Notes: generated from the sequence alone by a model not told the origin. A stretch of 61,378 bases of DNA, filler included, from Nemertoderma westbladi (GCA_032718475.1; 3 parts of 3 records of this genome joined end to end with filler, not necessarily neighbours in it); one strand, 5' to 3'. Shown: positions 13,401-24,659, counted from the whole stretch's first letter. Numbers and translations: made by a program.

Positions 13401-16400
13401 TGTTTAATTTCGTTTTGTTTTCGTTATAATAATATAGGCCTAACTGCTTACTACCGGTAAGTTACTACCGGTACCTCCAGCGCTGCAGGCCTGCAACATC
13501 GTAGAAGATAGGCCTACCTAATTTGTAAACAAAAATATGGAAAACAAAGAACTGAATGAACCTTCATCTCAGACCGGCCAAGGGACCACGGATTCGAATG
13601 CAGACAGTTCGGGGTTTACCACCGTCAACCTACACGCGGTGGCAGACGGAAAACCCAAGAAATACATCCACTTTAGCGACGGAGTCATGGAGGAATCAGA
13701 GTTGGATCCAGACGCCGCGATGGCGAGCGACATACACATCCACAAAGCCATGGAGAACCGATACATTCGTAACGTAACCCCCAAGGAACTCAACTGGCTC
13801 CCCTATCTCTGGTTCTACTTTCTTTGGGTTATCGTAAAGACGCTCGCCGCGTGCGACTTTATGGGAGAGAAACTCGCGTGGTTTTTCGGGATAACTTCAC
13901 CGAAATATCAGTCGGCGGTTAACGAATACCAACGGCAGAAGTACGAAGCGGAAACGCGAGGGATCAGCGATGGCGATGGCTACGTGGATACGGGGCAGGG
14001 CGACCGCCCGGGGCGAAGTTACGGGGCACAGGGCGAGCGCACGGGGCGCAGTTACGGAGCTGTAGTGAGTCGTGGGGCTAATGACGACTCAGTTATAGAG
14101 CTGGAAGATTGTAAGCCAATAGGGACGAAGGTGGGGAATAATCAACCAATAGCGACTCAGGCAATAGAGGAGGGCTGCACGGAAGAGATGAATGGCGACG
14201 GGGTCACTATAGTAACGTTAACTCTACCTACAAACTCGCCCACTTCTACTACCGCACCAAGGTAGAATCTAGGAATATTAGCGATGCACTTCTTCTACGG
14301 TTTGCCATTTAGATTTCTTATTACCCAGATACGTTGGTTTATCCAGTACCAGTATTCCTACTTCTTCCTTTGCCCCAATAACGCACAATATTTCTGCATT
14401 ATATTATCCCTGAATAGGGAGACACTATACTAAATGTACTCATTAGCGCCTAAGTTTGGCTTTGACTGCTGAATTTTAATCGTCTTTGTCACTTATTATA
14501 CCCCCGTTGGATATTGTTTTATTTTATTTCATGGTTATGTTCAATGTTACCCATCCATCTCCACTCCTTTGAAATGTTTTAACAAATAATAATTATATAG
14601 TTATATTATAATATTATAAGTTATTAATAATATTATATAGTCAATATGGCGTCTCTAAAGGGTCAAAATATAAATTACTAAAAACCTCTATCAAACAATA
14701 AAATTGCAGTAACAAATAATTGTATCACTACAACAGTAATCAGTATGGTGACCGATCGCTATCTGTGTAATTCCTTGTGCATTCCATTAAATTTCAAGAT
14801 AAATTCATATTTTTGTAGAAAAAATATAGTAAAAATTACAAATTAATTATTAAATTAGAAATTAAATTTAACTTGAAAATGAAAATTAAATGAAATCGAA
14901 AATTGAAAAGGGAATGAGAAAATTGTTTATAGCGATAGGCCATGGCCTATTGCTATCGTCAAAAAAATTATTTGGAAAACGGAAGGATAAAATTAGAAAA
15001 CTACTGCAGTAAAAAATATTTATCAATGCAGTTGCTACTCTTTTGGAGGCATTTTATTGTTTCACATAGTTTTTTATTAATTTAAATATTAACCCTTTAG
15101 AGGCGCTATTTTACTCCCAAATAGTATCTGTATTTCTTTGAGTCTAACGTTTCTCACGTATTAGTAAAACTCAAAATCAATCGGATGTTGTTTAAATGAG
15201 TAGAATTTCTTACACATTAGCAAGCAAGCAATCTATTTGGTGCATTATTAATGTTATATTACTATATCGCGTTGTTTACCAATAATCTCTGGTTAGCGCT
15301 ATTGGTTGGAGTGCCTTTATGATTTCACCTTCAGGTTGGCTTACAGTACTCTACTTACTTACTCACTTATTTAGTACCTTAACCTTTGTGGGACGAGTCA
15401 GAACTGCGAGCCATCAGCGAGCGGTTATCATTATAGTAGCCGTGCGTTTTACAAAAGTCTGTGTGCCTGAAGCCGAGGCGGGGTTTGGGGGGGTGGGGGG
15501 GGGGGGGGTGCACTCGGCGATTTAACTGTTAATTATTAATTAAGGGAAATATTCAGGTTGCAATGTCACTATAACCAATAAGTTACTGTTTAATTTTTCC
15601 GAGTAATCAGATGTTATTGCAGTCAATTAATAATAACCCGCCCTGCGCTAGCACAGTGGTAACAGTTCGTTGAGAGTTCGCTTACAGTTGTGCTGGACGA
15701 TGGCGCCAGACACCTGTTATACCACTTAAAGTGCTTTTCCATTTAATCACGTATTTATTTGTATGAATTATAATTCCTTATTTAGATTTAATTATTCCTA
15801 AGATGTTTTAGTTCAATATGTAAATTGCTAGCGCTAACATATATTGATATTCATGTAATTTGTTGTTTATCATGTTTACAAGGTTGTTAATCTTTTAGTT
15901 TAACCCTATTGAACTAATTATGACGTATACATATTTAATTTTCCATTTGTTTATGTGGTACTAAGCATAAAGTTAGTGTAGTGTTTATATTTATTTATTC
16001 TACTGGTGCCTGAAATTGTTTCGTTTATTGCAATTGAATACATCTCATATATTATTAATTAAAGTTACTCACACTGCGTTAGCGTGCCAAGCGTATGGGT
16101 TCTCACTGGGTAGCGAGCTAAGTATTCCTGAACCTGTCTTGTTTCGCTCCCAATTCTCGGACGACATGTGGTCCTGCATGGCGATAAAACGGGACGCACA
16201 GCTCTGTGCATCGTAGCAGTACCATCCACCTGTAATACAAGGCAAATTGTGTTAGCAGTACCATCCACCTGTAATACAAGGCAAATTGTGTTAGCAATAC
16301 CATCCACCTGTAATACACGGCTAATTGTGTTAGCAGTACCATCCACCTGTAATACAAGGAAAGGGTATTAGCAGTACCATCCACCTGCTAATTGTGTTAG

Positions 16401-18207
16401 CAGTACCATCCACCTGCTAATTGTGTTAGCAGTACCATCCTCCTGTAATACAAGGCAAATTGTGTTAGCAGTACCATCCACCTGTAATACAAGGCTAATT
16501 GTGTTAACAGTACCATCCACCTGTAATACAAGGCTAGTTGTGTTAGCAGTACCATCCACCTGTAATACAAGGAAATGGTATTAGCAGTACCATCCACCTG
16601 CTAATTGTGTTAGCAGTACCATCCACCTGCTAATTGTGTTAGCAGTACCATCCACCTGCTAATTGTAGTAGCAGTACCATCCACCTGCTAACAACCAAAA
16701 CTACCCACAACTGTGTGACACTTCGATTGATATACACTCACCATCCAGGTATATGACCCATGTTCTGTGTCCGGGATTTTCTCTCAGATAGTATCCGGCG
16801 CTGGTTCCGTCGTTACAAACAACAGCCTCGTTTCGGACTCGGTGTAACTCGAACTGGGGTTTGTGTTCGTTCCCACATCGCTCTAACGCCTTCTACAAGA
16901 TAATAACAGATTAAAATATATTCACTTATATGGCGAGATAATAATAACGACAAAATTTAGAAATTACAAACTTATTGATATAATTATTGGATACGGCCAT
17001 GATATGTACGAGTTCAGTGAAGTGGCAACAAATGTTCAACCAAAAGTAGAAACATATATTGGAATAGTTGGTCAAACCTAGTGATATTTTTAGCCTTCCG
17101 CGCAATTTATTATAGAGGAACCAAAACCGACTAACCGACACACCCGTTCACACCTGCGCCGCACGGTATTAAGAGTTTTATATAGCTTTAGGATGGTGAA
17201 CCGATCATTATGGTAAAATAGTGTCGAAAATAAACAAGTTACAGTAGTTAAGTAGATAGCCGCGTCCATTTAGGGTATGGGACACGTTTTGTACTTTTCG
17301 CAGGCTTAGCATCCCGATTTCCATGGTTACATTACTGTAGGTGTCTCACTTACCTGTAAATACTTTATTTGATCTTCGTATCTCTTCTGTGTTGCCATAG
17401 GCAACGTAAGAATTATAGTGTTGTTGGTACTGTCATCCGACCGTGTACCGTTGCTACCCCCTGACACATACTGACTGACTGCAGTCTCGTTTAACCCATC
17501 TGTGAGGTAATCCGTCGTACTATTTGATACCAACACTGTACTTGTAGACTGATCCTGGTTGACAACATCCTCTGCGGTGTTTGTGATATTCGCGTCTAGT
17601 ATTGGGTTGCCGTTCTCTGATTGGTTCGTTGTTCCTGTTAGTCTAAGTGCCACGTCTGTATCATTATTGTCATTGAGAGTCTGTGAGTGGATGGACCTAC
17701 CCAGTCGTGCCGCTGGCGCTGTGTATATCGTGGTTGCTAACAGCAACAGGTAGCAACCTAAATGAAAAAGAAATTGGGGATGAACTAAAGAATAAGCTAC
17801 TGTTAGCGCAAGTCATGGATTTTGGGTTAACTTTCACTGAACTGTCTGGCTTCCCCATATCATAGCATATTTATATTATATTAACTTTTAGTTTATACGA
17901 TTACACTGTAATAATGTCGAATAAACATAAATTTAGTCAATGATTGACTGATCATTTTAACTTTGTGGTTTTTTATTGGGCTATGAAATAATAAAATATT
18001 CCAATGGATTCTTTAAAGATTTAACAATAATCATTAAACCTGTAAATGTTTTCAATCAAAAGAGGCGGTGAATAATTTATTTAATCCTTTGTAAAATCCA
18101 ATAATTAAATGGTAAATCAAGCTTTGGACACGTCGTGGTTGTCAAACATAATATTATAATTATCAGTAATAGACAAACTTACCTGATATCAGATAATCGT
18201 TTTTCAT
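4460..18207 (-). CDS. NOTUM: Notum, palmitoleoyl-protein carboxylesterase (Wnt deacylase), 10 coding exons
   Basis: Phase-compatible GT-AG exons: 18207-18183, 17757-17354, 16892-16742, 16229-16073, 8828-8664, 8280-8160, 7731-7564, 6591-6222, 5943-5761, 4563-4460. Signal peptide MKNDYLISGCYLLLLATT; motifs CNDGTSAGYY, YLDGGWYC, IPYCSSDLWSG, GTSAGG (catalytic Ser), QWLYDD (Asp), SCMAH (His), CPWPLCNASCP. Confidence 0.95.
6820..7482. repeat. Degenerate minisatellite of about 35 bp (TTTGAGCCTACAGTATTAGGTGGTATTTTTTACG) in Notum intron 7
   Basis: Repeated gagcctacag and ggtggtatttt modules with variable unit length. Confidence 0.9.
8851..9096. repeat. Perfect 48-bp tandem repeat, about 5 copies, next to the Notum exon 5 acceptor
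   Basis: Unit AACTTTACTGACATTCCTAGCTTCAACGGGTTGAAGACAAGTCTAAGT with internal hairpin CTTCAAC/GTTGAAG. Confidence 0.95.
10281..11387 (-). CDS. ORC2: Origin recognition complex subunit 2, single-exon ORF nested in Notum intron 4
   Basis: ORC2 signature motifs FNVILYGFGSKR, VVNG, NIDGPSLR, HLIASVDHINAALLWD, LRAQLTEFNDHDL; uninterrupted 368-aa ORF; alternative ATG at 11339. Confidence 0.95.
   Translation of the reverse strand: MSAGSTVVQFQVYWFIMAAVPTGSNVSDLDAFLSNYFEAQSAKNPTSNKKLNAIKLETQVTQLDIHRKIEELRESDERHKNNFKEINIRCKNQFPKWWGLLINNFNVILYGFGSKRLLLEEFKDKYLSKYHNLVVNGSDPDITVRMILNTITKELFGESTSKPVSDCLEIISRCLSSGTIASDIFLVVLNIDGPSLRNSQEYLQQLAAIPGIHLIASVDHINAALLWDQSKSTRFRWVWQKVDSLQPYIEETLYKGVLAGKDSQILAYSSLVHVLKSLPSNAQKIFRLLAKQYVAQESSTHSIPFPELYHLCKEEFLTTTEQTLRAQLTEFNDHDLLRIKKLGGDGVECVCLIVGKEVLNEFLEQSEE
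11955..12194 (-). mobile_element. tRNA-derived SINE, full-length copy
   Basis: Head GGCGGGGTAGCTCAGTTGG (A box) ... GGTTCAGCCCC (B box-like); core CTCAGCCTTTCATCC...GGTCGATAAAATGAGTACCAG; tail (TTGC)n; flanked by direct repeat ACGGTGGCTG. Confidence 0.85.
12199..12715. repeat. MITE-like element with AAAAATCATATAAAACCA repeats and an internal inverted repeat
   Basis: ggccaaataaaaccaattttcttagtcata (12214-12243) is inverted at 12403-12432; many aaaaatcatataaaacc modules. Confidence 0.55.
13537..14265 (+). CDS. FAM177A1: FAM177 family protein, single exon, antisense inside Notum intron 4
   Basis: PKKYIHFSDGVMEE and LNWLPYLWFY...CDFMGEKLAWFFGITSPKYQSAVNEY match the FAM177 family; AAAAATATG start context. 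Confidence 0.9.
   Translation: MENKELNEPSSQTGQGTTDSNADSSGFTTVNLHAVADGKPKKYIHFSDGVMEESELDPDAAMASDIHIHKAMENRYIRNVTPKELNWLPYLWFYFLWVIVKTLAACDFMGEKLAWFFGITSPKYQSAVNEYQRQKYEAETRGISDGDGYVDTGQGDRPGRSYGAQGERTGRSYGAVVSRGANDDSVIELEDCKPIGTKVGNNQPIATQAIEEGCTEEMNGDGVTIVTLTLPTNSPTSTTAPR
16214..16690 (-). repeat. 29/39-bp tandem array made of the Notum exon 4 acceptor plus the first 14 exon bases
   Basis: Minus-strand unit contains CAG|GTGGATGGTACTGC, identical to the real junction at 16230/16229; about 13 extra copies. Confidence 0.92.
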
Positions 18208-18339
18208 CGAATACATTTTTAATTATTGATTTTATATTGAATTCAAAAACAATATGTGAAGTATGTTTATTTTGAGTAGATCTTCCCTTACTTTTAATTA
18301 AATACCCTAGACACGTATATTTGGCAAAGATGAAACAGT

Positions 18340-18780
18340 TTAGTACAATACTTCAAAGATCCGGTTTCGTAGTGGCAATAAAAATAGTATTAATTTAGTA
18401 TATCTATTCAAATATGACGCAATTGGAATGTTATTGAACTACAATAAACATTTAACTGCTTCTACGTAAGTATATTAAATTACAAAGAAACTTTTTAGGT
18501 TAAAGGCAAAGTGCGGTTACCTTAATAGTAAACTCACTTTCGAAGTGCCAATCGCATCATGATAGGTCAGTTTTATAACCCAATAGGAATTATGCCCCTA
18601 AAACGGAATCTGGACATCTGGAACTAAAATCTTTGAAGTTCCCGGTAGAGGCCGCTCCCTTCTCTGCCACATCAACCAATAAGGAGTTAGCGGTGAATCC
18701 CGTTATCTTAGTATAAACTTTCCCTCATCCTATAGAACAATGGGCCCGATTATGGGGCCATCAAAGTTTTTTTAGAGTGC
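18340..18780. promoter_or_regulatory. Candidate TCF/LEF site cluster upstream of Notum
   Basis: CTTCAAAGAT at 18351, its exact reverse complement at 18629-18638, ATCAAAG at 18760. Confidence 0.4.
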
Positions 18781-19728
18781 CCGTTACAAACTGGTAGTAA
18801 CGATGCGTGCCATGGGATTCCTCAAAGTCACCATCCTTCGCGCCGAGGTGTCAATCACCTGGTTATCAACTAATTTAAAGACAAATACGAACCACCGCCC
18901 CCTATAATTCTTAATTCGTTTAATTTTAACGGCATTTTAACGGCCTTAATTATAACACCTATTTTGTTACTGTAAACTCGCCGACATGTTTACATAAATA
19001 ATATTTAGAACATGCCGGCGTAATAGTTATAGGAATTCTAGCGGGTTGCGGTCATTTCTTTAGAAAACTTCAGTATTATAACGAGAAAACGCTCATTGTA
19101 AATACCACCTCACCCGAGAACTAATCTTTTAACCAACTTATTCAGAACTGACACTTTACATCAATAGGATTTCTTAAAAGACTCGTGGTGGGGAAAATAT
19201 CTTAAAAGTGCTCAAAAAGTAGATGTCATTAGTACATAATTAAGTATAATGTAACTAACGTTCTGATAGGTAAGAAAAAATATGTACGACAAAAAAAAGT
19301 AAGTTAGTCTCATGTCATTTAGGTTATACATAAACTAGATAAGTCCCGTTCCTTTTATCTGAAGTAGAAGTCAAATGTTTGTATTTATTGGTGGCAGGTA
19401 ATTTAATAAATAATTGACTCTCTATAAAAAAAAAAGTACAAGATTACTTAGGGGTTGTCCATAAAGAAAGTCTGGGTATATCCCGGATTTTCGGAACCAC
19501 CACCCCCCCCCCCCCCCCCCACCCCGTTCCAAGGCCGTCCGGTTTTTGCCAACACCACCCCCCCCCCCCTCCACCCCGTTGCAAGGCCGTCCGGTTTTTG
19601 CCAACACTACCCCCCCCCCCCCCCCCCCCTAGTACAGTAGCAGCTACTCTGTGCAGCTCTCGGCTACTCTAATATTATACGTCGAAAATATTGATAACGC
19701 CGGTGATATTTTTTTTTAAATAAAACAA

Positions 19729-19965
19729 AATATTCGATATAAAAACGTAACGGAAAACACTACTTTCATTAGCGAATTTCAGATATTCTGCCTTCGTGTG
19801 TTGATTTTTCCACTCGTTGGTATTTTAACACTCGCTTCGTTCGTGCTAAAAACCTGCCGACTCTTGTAAAACTCAACCACTCCGACAGAATAGTTGAATT
19901 TCGCTAAATTGAAAATGAGTGAAAAAAAGCGGTGTTTGCCGTTTACTTTTTTTTTATCGAATAAT
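19729..19965. mobile_element. Palindromic (hairpin) MITE-like element
   Basis: Imperfect inverted arms (ttagcgaatttca..tattctg / cagaata..tgaatttcgctaa) around the centre cactcgcttcgttcgtg. Confidence 0.6.
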
Positions 19966-20173
19966 AGTCCATATTTTCATTTAATAATTAAATTTGAATT
20001 TATATTTTAAACTATGTTGTTTTAATTTAAATTATATTTATAATGATTAAACACTAATTTACCCCGATCATGGGGTGTATATGTATATATATATAACATC
20101 AACAATAATTGCATGGGTTATTTTAATAACAGCAGAAGCCAACCACCGGTCGGCCAGTAAATATCTTGATTAA

Positions 20174-21531
20174 CTACTACTACTACTACTAGGTCGAGCG
20201 AACTCGGACAGTGGAAATGAGATCCTTCCAGGCTTCCCGATTCTCCATCTCCATAGTTGTCGCAATTTCGTTTCTCCCAAGTTCAGTATCCCTTTCAAGT
20301 TGATCTATATATGTTATGGCCGGTCGTCCACGACTACGCTTTCCATGAGTTGGTTGCCAGAAAAGTAGATCTGGTATGACCTCGTCTTTACTTCGCCAGC
20401 AGTGCCCACTGAATCTTAATCTGCGTTCACGGAGGGTGGTTGATACAGGTGGTATTGTACCATAAAGCTCGGCGTTTGTCATGTGTTGTCTCCAGCTGAT
20501 GTTTAGGGCTGCCCCCTTAGTAGTCTATTTTGTCAGTGTCCAGATCTCACCCCCGTATAAAAATACACTTTCCACTGTGGCTCGAAAGAACTTAGTCTTC
20601 AGGTGCCTGGAGAGATCTGATTTCCAGATGGTATCCATTTTTGATAGAGCTACCCAAGCCTTTGCTTTCCTAACTTCTATGTCCTTTTTGCTACTCTCTA
20701 TCCATGATCCAAGGTACTGGAAGTCATCGACCTTCCTTAGTTGATTATTATCAATGGTTGTCAAGTTTCCATCAACATTAAAGGTTATGAATTCGGTCTT
20801 GGTAGCATTTATATGCAATCCAACACGTTCGTGGGGACTTCGCGCAGCACGTAGTCGGCAAGCCTTGGCATACGGTTCATATAGAGCAAATGGGGCATGT
20901 CTAGTTTGGACCCCATATCCCATGCTATAGATGTATTCATTCGATATACAATCATATGTTAATCCGCTAGGTGGTGTCAAATTGTTATTCTGCAATTTCG
21001 TACTTACCAGTGCAGCACTGTACAGCAGTACCGTACCGGTAGGCCTATGTCATTACTTCTGAGTCTCTAGCGGATCCCCAATTAAATGTCTTAACTTTTC
21101 AATTTCGTAAAAGATAGACTTCATGATTCTCTACAGGCCACCAAAATTTCAGCTCAGGAAAATGAGGCCTTCCCGAGAAATTTAACATTTTCTAAAAACC
21201 ACATAATCTGTCGTAGCTGACGTCAGACTGCATGATTTTTCACCAAACTTTACAAACTTTCTAAACTTTCTCTCTACTACTTACCTACTAAGTTTGGTTC
21301 AATTCCGAACGAGCGATGCCGAGAAATTCGCGTTCAAACATTTACCAGACAGACGGACGGACAGACAGACAGACGGACAGACAGACAGACGGACATGCCC
21401 CATTTGCCCTATATGAACCGTATGCAAAGGCTCGCCGACTACGTGTCTCGCCCCACAGTCCTTAGCAGCCCTCTCCACTTTATTTAGTAGAAGCTGTCCA
21501 TCTGTTAGCGTATTAGAGAGCAGGGTGGTGT
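20174..21531 (-). mobile_element. 5'-truncated, degraded RTE-clade LINE interrupted by a nested element
   Basis: Near-identical to the 3' part of the RTE at 34150-35803; (TAG)n tail; RT segment resumes at about 21459 after the insertion; long flanking direct repeats. Confidence 0.92.
20826..21457. mobile_element. Non-autonomous element with about 55-bp inverted repeats and an (ACAG/ACGG)n microsatellite, inserted in the RTE
   Basis: cacgtagtcggc...aaatggggcatgtc (20847-20901) is inverted at 21392-21446; microsatellite at 21345-21395. Confidence 0.75.
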
Positions 21532-22130
21532 ATGTATATCATGGGGTGTATGTATATATGTATATATATAACATCAACAATAATTGCATGGGTTATTTTA
21601 ATAACAGCAGAAGCCAACCACCGGTCGGCCAGTAAATATCTTGATTAACAGTCAGCATTTGCTCATAAAACTGTAACTCTACTTCGGTCAGTAGTATTGA
21701 ATAGGTAGGTAATTGACTATGATTTACAGCGTTATACCTGATGTAACTGGCGAACATGATGTAACTGGCGAACACTAAACATGAGTGGTGTGACTATGCA
21801 ATGCACAATGCACATACTGACTTGTACCGGCTAGTGCAACATGGCGATCCTAGGCCACTATACTCGTTGCTGGTCAACAACCAATCAGCAGTTGCCATTT
21901 AGCAGAATCCACAAACAAAGGACAAAGAAACTCAGAATTCAGAAAGTGAAACATGCACTCCATTGGTTAATAAGTTTTCCAATTTATAACACGGCCGGGC
22001 CAGGGGACAGAGCTTGGCGGCAATTTAAATACGCATTGAAGGACACATAAGCTTTTCTACAGATCTCTAATTATTTTCCATCTATACTTTAATTAGACTC
22101 GAGTACACTCTATTATTGTTTTCTTATTAG

Positions 22131-22342
22131 CTTAACGCCACAAATAAAGGCCGCTATTCGCGTTATCTGGCGTATCCGCTATTTTGTAGCTCGTCGAAAG
22201 TTTCAGCAGGCTAGGGAACCATACGACGTGCGTGACGTCATGGAGCAGTACTCGCAAGGGCATCTAAACATGATGGTTCGGATAAAAGATTTACAGAGGC
22301 GGATAGACCAGACCTTAGGGAAATCGGGACAGCATCTATTAG
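22131..22342 (+). CDS. KCNQ1: Internal exon of a KCNQ (Kv7, KCNQ1-like) potassium channel, C-terminal helices B-C
   Basis: ttcttattag acceptor and gtaaga donor; translation [64 protein letters not shown]. Not in the ORF track. Confidence 0.93.
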
Positions 22343-22539
22343 GTAAGATATATATATTACTGGATAATATATTACAATAATTGTGATGGGGTCCTGTGTT
22401 GGCCTCGGGATCCCGACTTTATGAGTGAGTTCCTACGCGCTGCCCGCTGACTGCTGGACCTAACCGAAGCACGGTAAATAAGAGAGTTTGTTTTGATGTT
22501 AATATTAATCAGTTAATCTTGATTGCACTTACTTACAGC

Positions 22540-23074
22540 AGTTACTTATGCATTTCTAGAGATAGGCGTATTCTTCACCGTACGGAACCTGATCGAACTT
22601 GACAAAATCAAAACGGCATTTCTAAAGCGGCTGTTATCACTCCACAAGAACTCATCCTCAACAATGGTGCACAAAATGGTCGGATGCGAAACATTCGCCC
22701 AAGAACTTTATAAGGAACACGCAAATATGTTCTCATCCGAAACATGGGAGCTATACTGCCAACACCGAAGGGAGAGAGAAGAAAACTTCACCGCACAATG
22801 CTACTCTGACGGTCCTGGTTTTACCTCCCATACGTGGCGTCTTGCCGGCCAACGGAACCGACACATAATAGCAAGAACGACGGTGCATGGATTCCACCAC
22901 AAGATATGTACAAAACAAACTACTGTATATTCCACGAACTGTCTCCTGAATGCTGCTGCAAATACTGCCACAAAAGCTCACAAGATCGATACCATGCAAT
23001 CAAATGCAAATCATGTCCATCGTTGTCCTTATTGGGACACTAACCACAAAAGTACCATAAATACAAATACATAA
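22540..23074 (+). mobile_element. 3' fragment of a non-LTR retrotransposon ORF
   Basis: LDKIKTAFLKRLLSL..SS..MV..MVG resembles the region after RT in LINEs; frameshifted Cys/His-rich end. Confidence 0.55.
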
Positions 23075-23539
23075 ACCATAACTCACATTGTTCTCTAGCA
23101 TATTATTATCATTCATATTTATATATTTCTAGTTTGGACCGGTTTTATTTAAATTTTATTGAGAAATAAAAGTTTTATTACCCCGAAGAGGGGTGTACAG
23201 TAGTTTAAAAAAAAATTGCACTGTCCACTGTCTGATAGTGTACCGATAAAGGTGGCCTACTATATATATATATAGTAGGCCATGCTACTACTGCTCTGGT
23301 TAATTATTGCCAACTGAGTGACTGCAAACACAACTATGGGCTGTGTGGAGTTTATTCTGAGTTACGCAATAATGGGTTGGGAGGATGGCTACCTACAAAA
23401 CAATATACAGTAGGTACTAAAGTATACTAACAGAACGCTTGCCCGACCTCGGTACTCAAACCCGACCACGGTTCCACCGGGTCACTGACCTTGGTGGGGA
23501 TAGCTGTTGGTGCCTCGCCCCCAGAACCACTACTTGCAC

Positions 23540-23960
23540 GCCCCCTAGCGGCTTGAACTGCGGCTAGCTCATGCTCGACCACAGCATCAGTATATTGGTT
23601 ACTGCTGAGAATATTCTTAGCAACCCAATAACAGTATACATAGAGTTGGAAACCATCCCCACCCTTACTGGCTTAAAGATGCGATAAAACATACCACGAA
23701 CTACACCGCATTTGTAAGACTCATGGGCACACGCAGTGGCATTGAGAACGAGCCCAGTATCTGTAGGCTTGCAATACCACGCCGTTGAAAGAGCAGAGTT
23801 AACCCGACTGACAACCAAAACAAGAAAGGACAAGCGGCCCTCCACCTCCATCTCAAACTAAACTTGATAATAGGATGAAGGGCATTGACATCTCTCAGCT
23901 TCTCAGTGGGGTCGTTACTGCCAACGCTGCCCAGGATGGGACGGTCAATGATGGGAGCAA
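23540..23960 (-). mobile_element. Penelope-like element RT remnant
   Basis: Frameshifted NALHPIIKFS / EVEGRLSFL..VSR...TAWYCKPTDTGLVLN...SYKCGVVRGMFYR, typical of the PLE RT C-terminal region. Confidence 0.7.
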
Positions 23961-24559
23961 ACAGGGTATGACTGTGTACAACCAGATATTGACGCGCCGC
24001 GCGAGCCCAATACACGTTCGCTGAATGACTGGCGTGAATTGTTTAAACATTTCAAAGTAATTTCTAGACACCCATTGCGGCCATTCTTGCAAAAGCTTGA
24101 AATGTATTACATTCAAACACGCAAGCTCGCTATCAGCAAGCAGAAACGTGATTGGTGTAAGTTTGTGGTGCTGCTTCCCAGTGGTTAGTTCCCTACAGAA
24201 CTCTCTCTTCATTTCAATACATATTTCTTCATATTTCTTCTCTTCATTTCTGTAAATTTCTCTCTACATTTCCTGGCTTGGCCTCCTGAGAATGCCTTCG
24301 GCTACAGGGCGAAACCTACCGATCAGCTGGCTGCTGCCAGCTGATCATTGATTGCATGCAAAATCTAGGAGGTCCTCTTGTTCGCGCTTTCAGACCTTTG
24401 GCAGTTTAACCCGCCAAATTAAGATGTCTTCTAGATATTAAATCGCTTTTTAGCCTATGACAAGTATTTGATTCACTACACTAGTCGAAACCAATCCGTG
24501 CGCGACCATTCACCCGCTGGATATTCCCGGGAGATTGGGTTCGACGGTTTAATTTTATT

Positions 24560-24659
24560 NNNNNNNNNNNNNNNNNNNNNNNNNNNNNNNNNNNNNNNNN
24601 NNNTTAATTAATTAANNNNNNNNNNNNNNNNNNNNNNNNNNNNNNNNNNNNNNNNNNNN
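24560..24659. other. Artificial contig spacer (N run with TTAATTAATTAA)
   Basis: 100 nt with a central six-frame-stop linker at 24604-24615. Confidence 0.97.

Noticed and set aside
24280-24335. Second hammerhead-like motif (CTGAGAATGCC...GGGCGAAAC), and a weaker one near 2308-2345
   Set aside because: The CUGANGA core is not intact; at most decayed remnants.
24604-24615. TTAATTAATTAA palindrome inside both N runs
   Set aside because: Assembly linker, not biological sequence.
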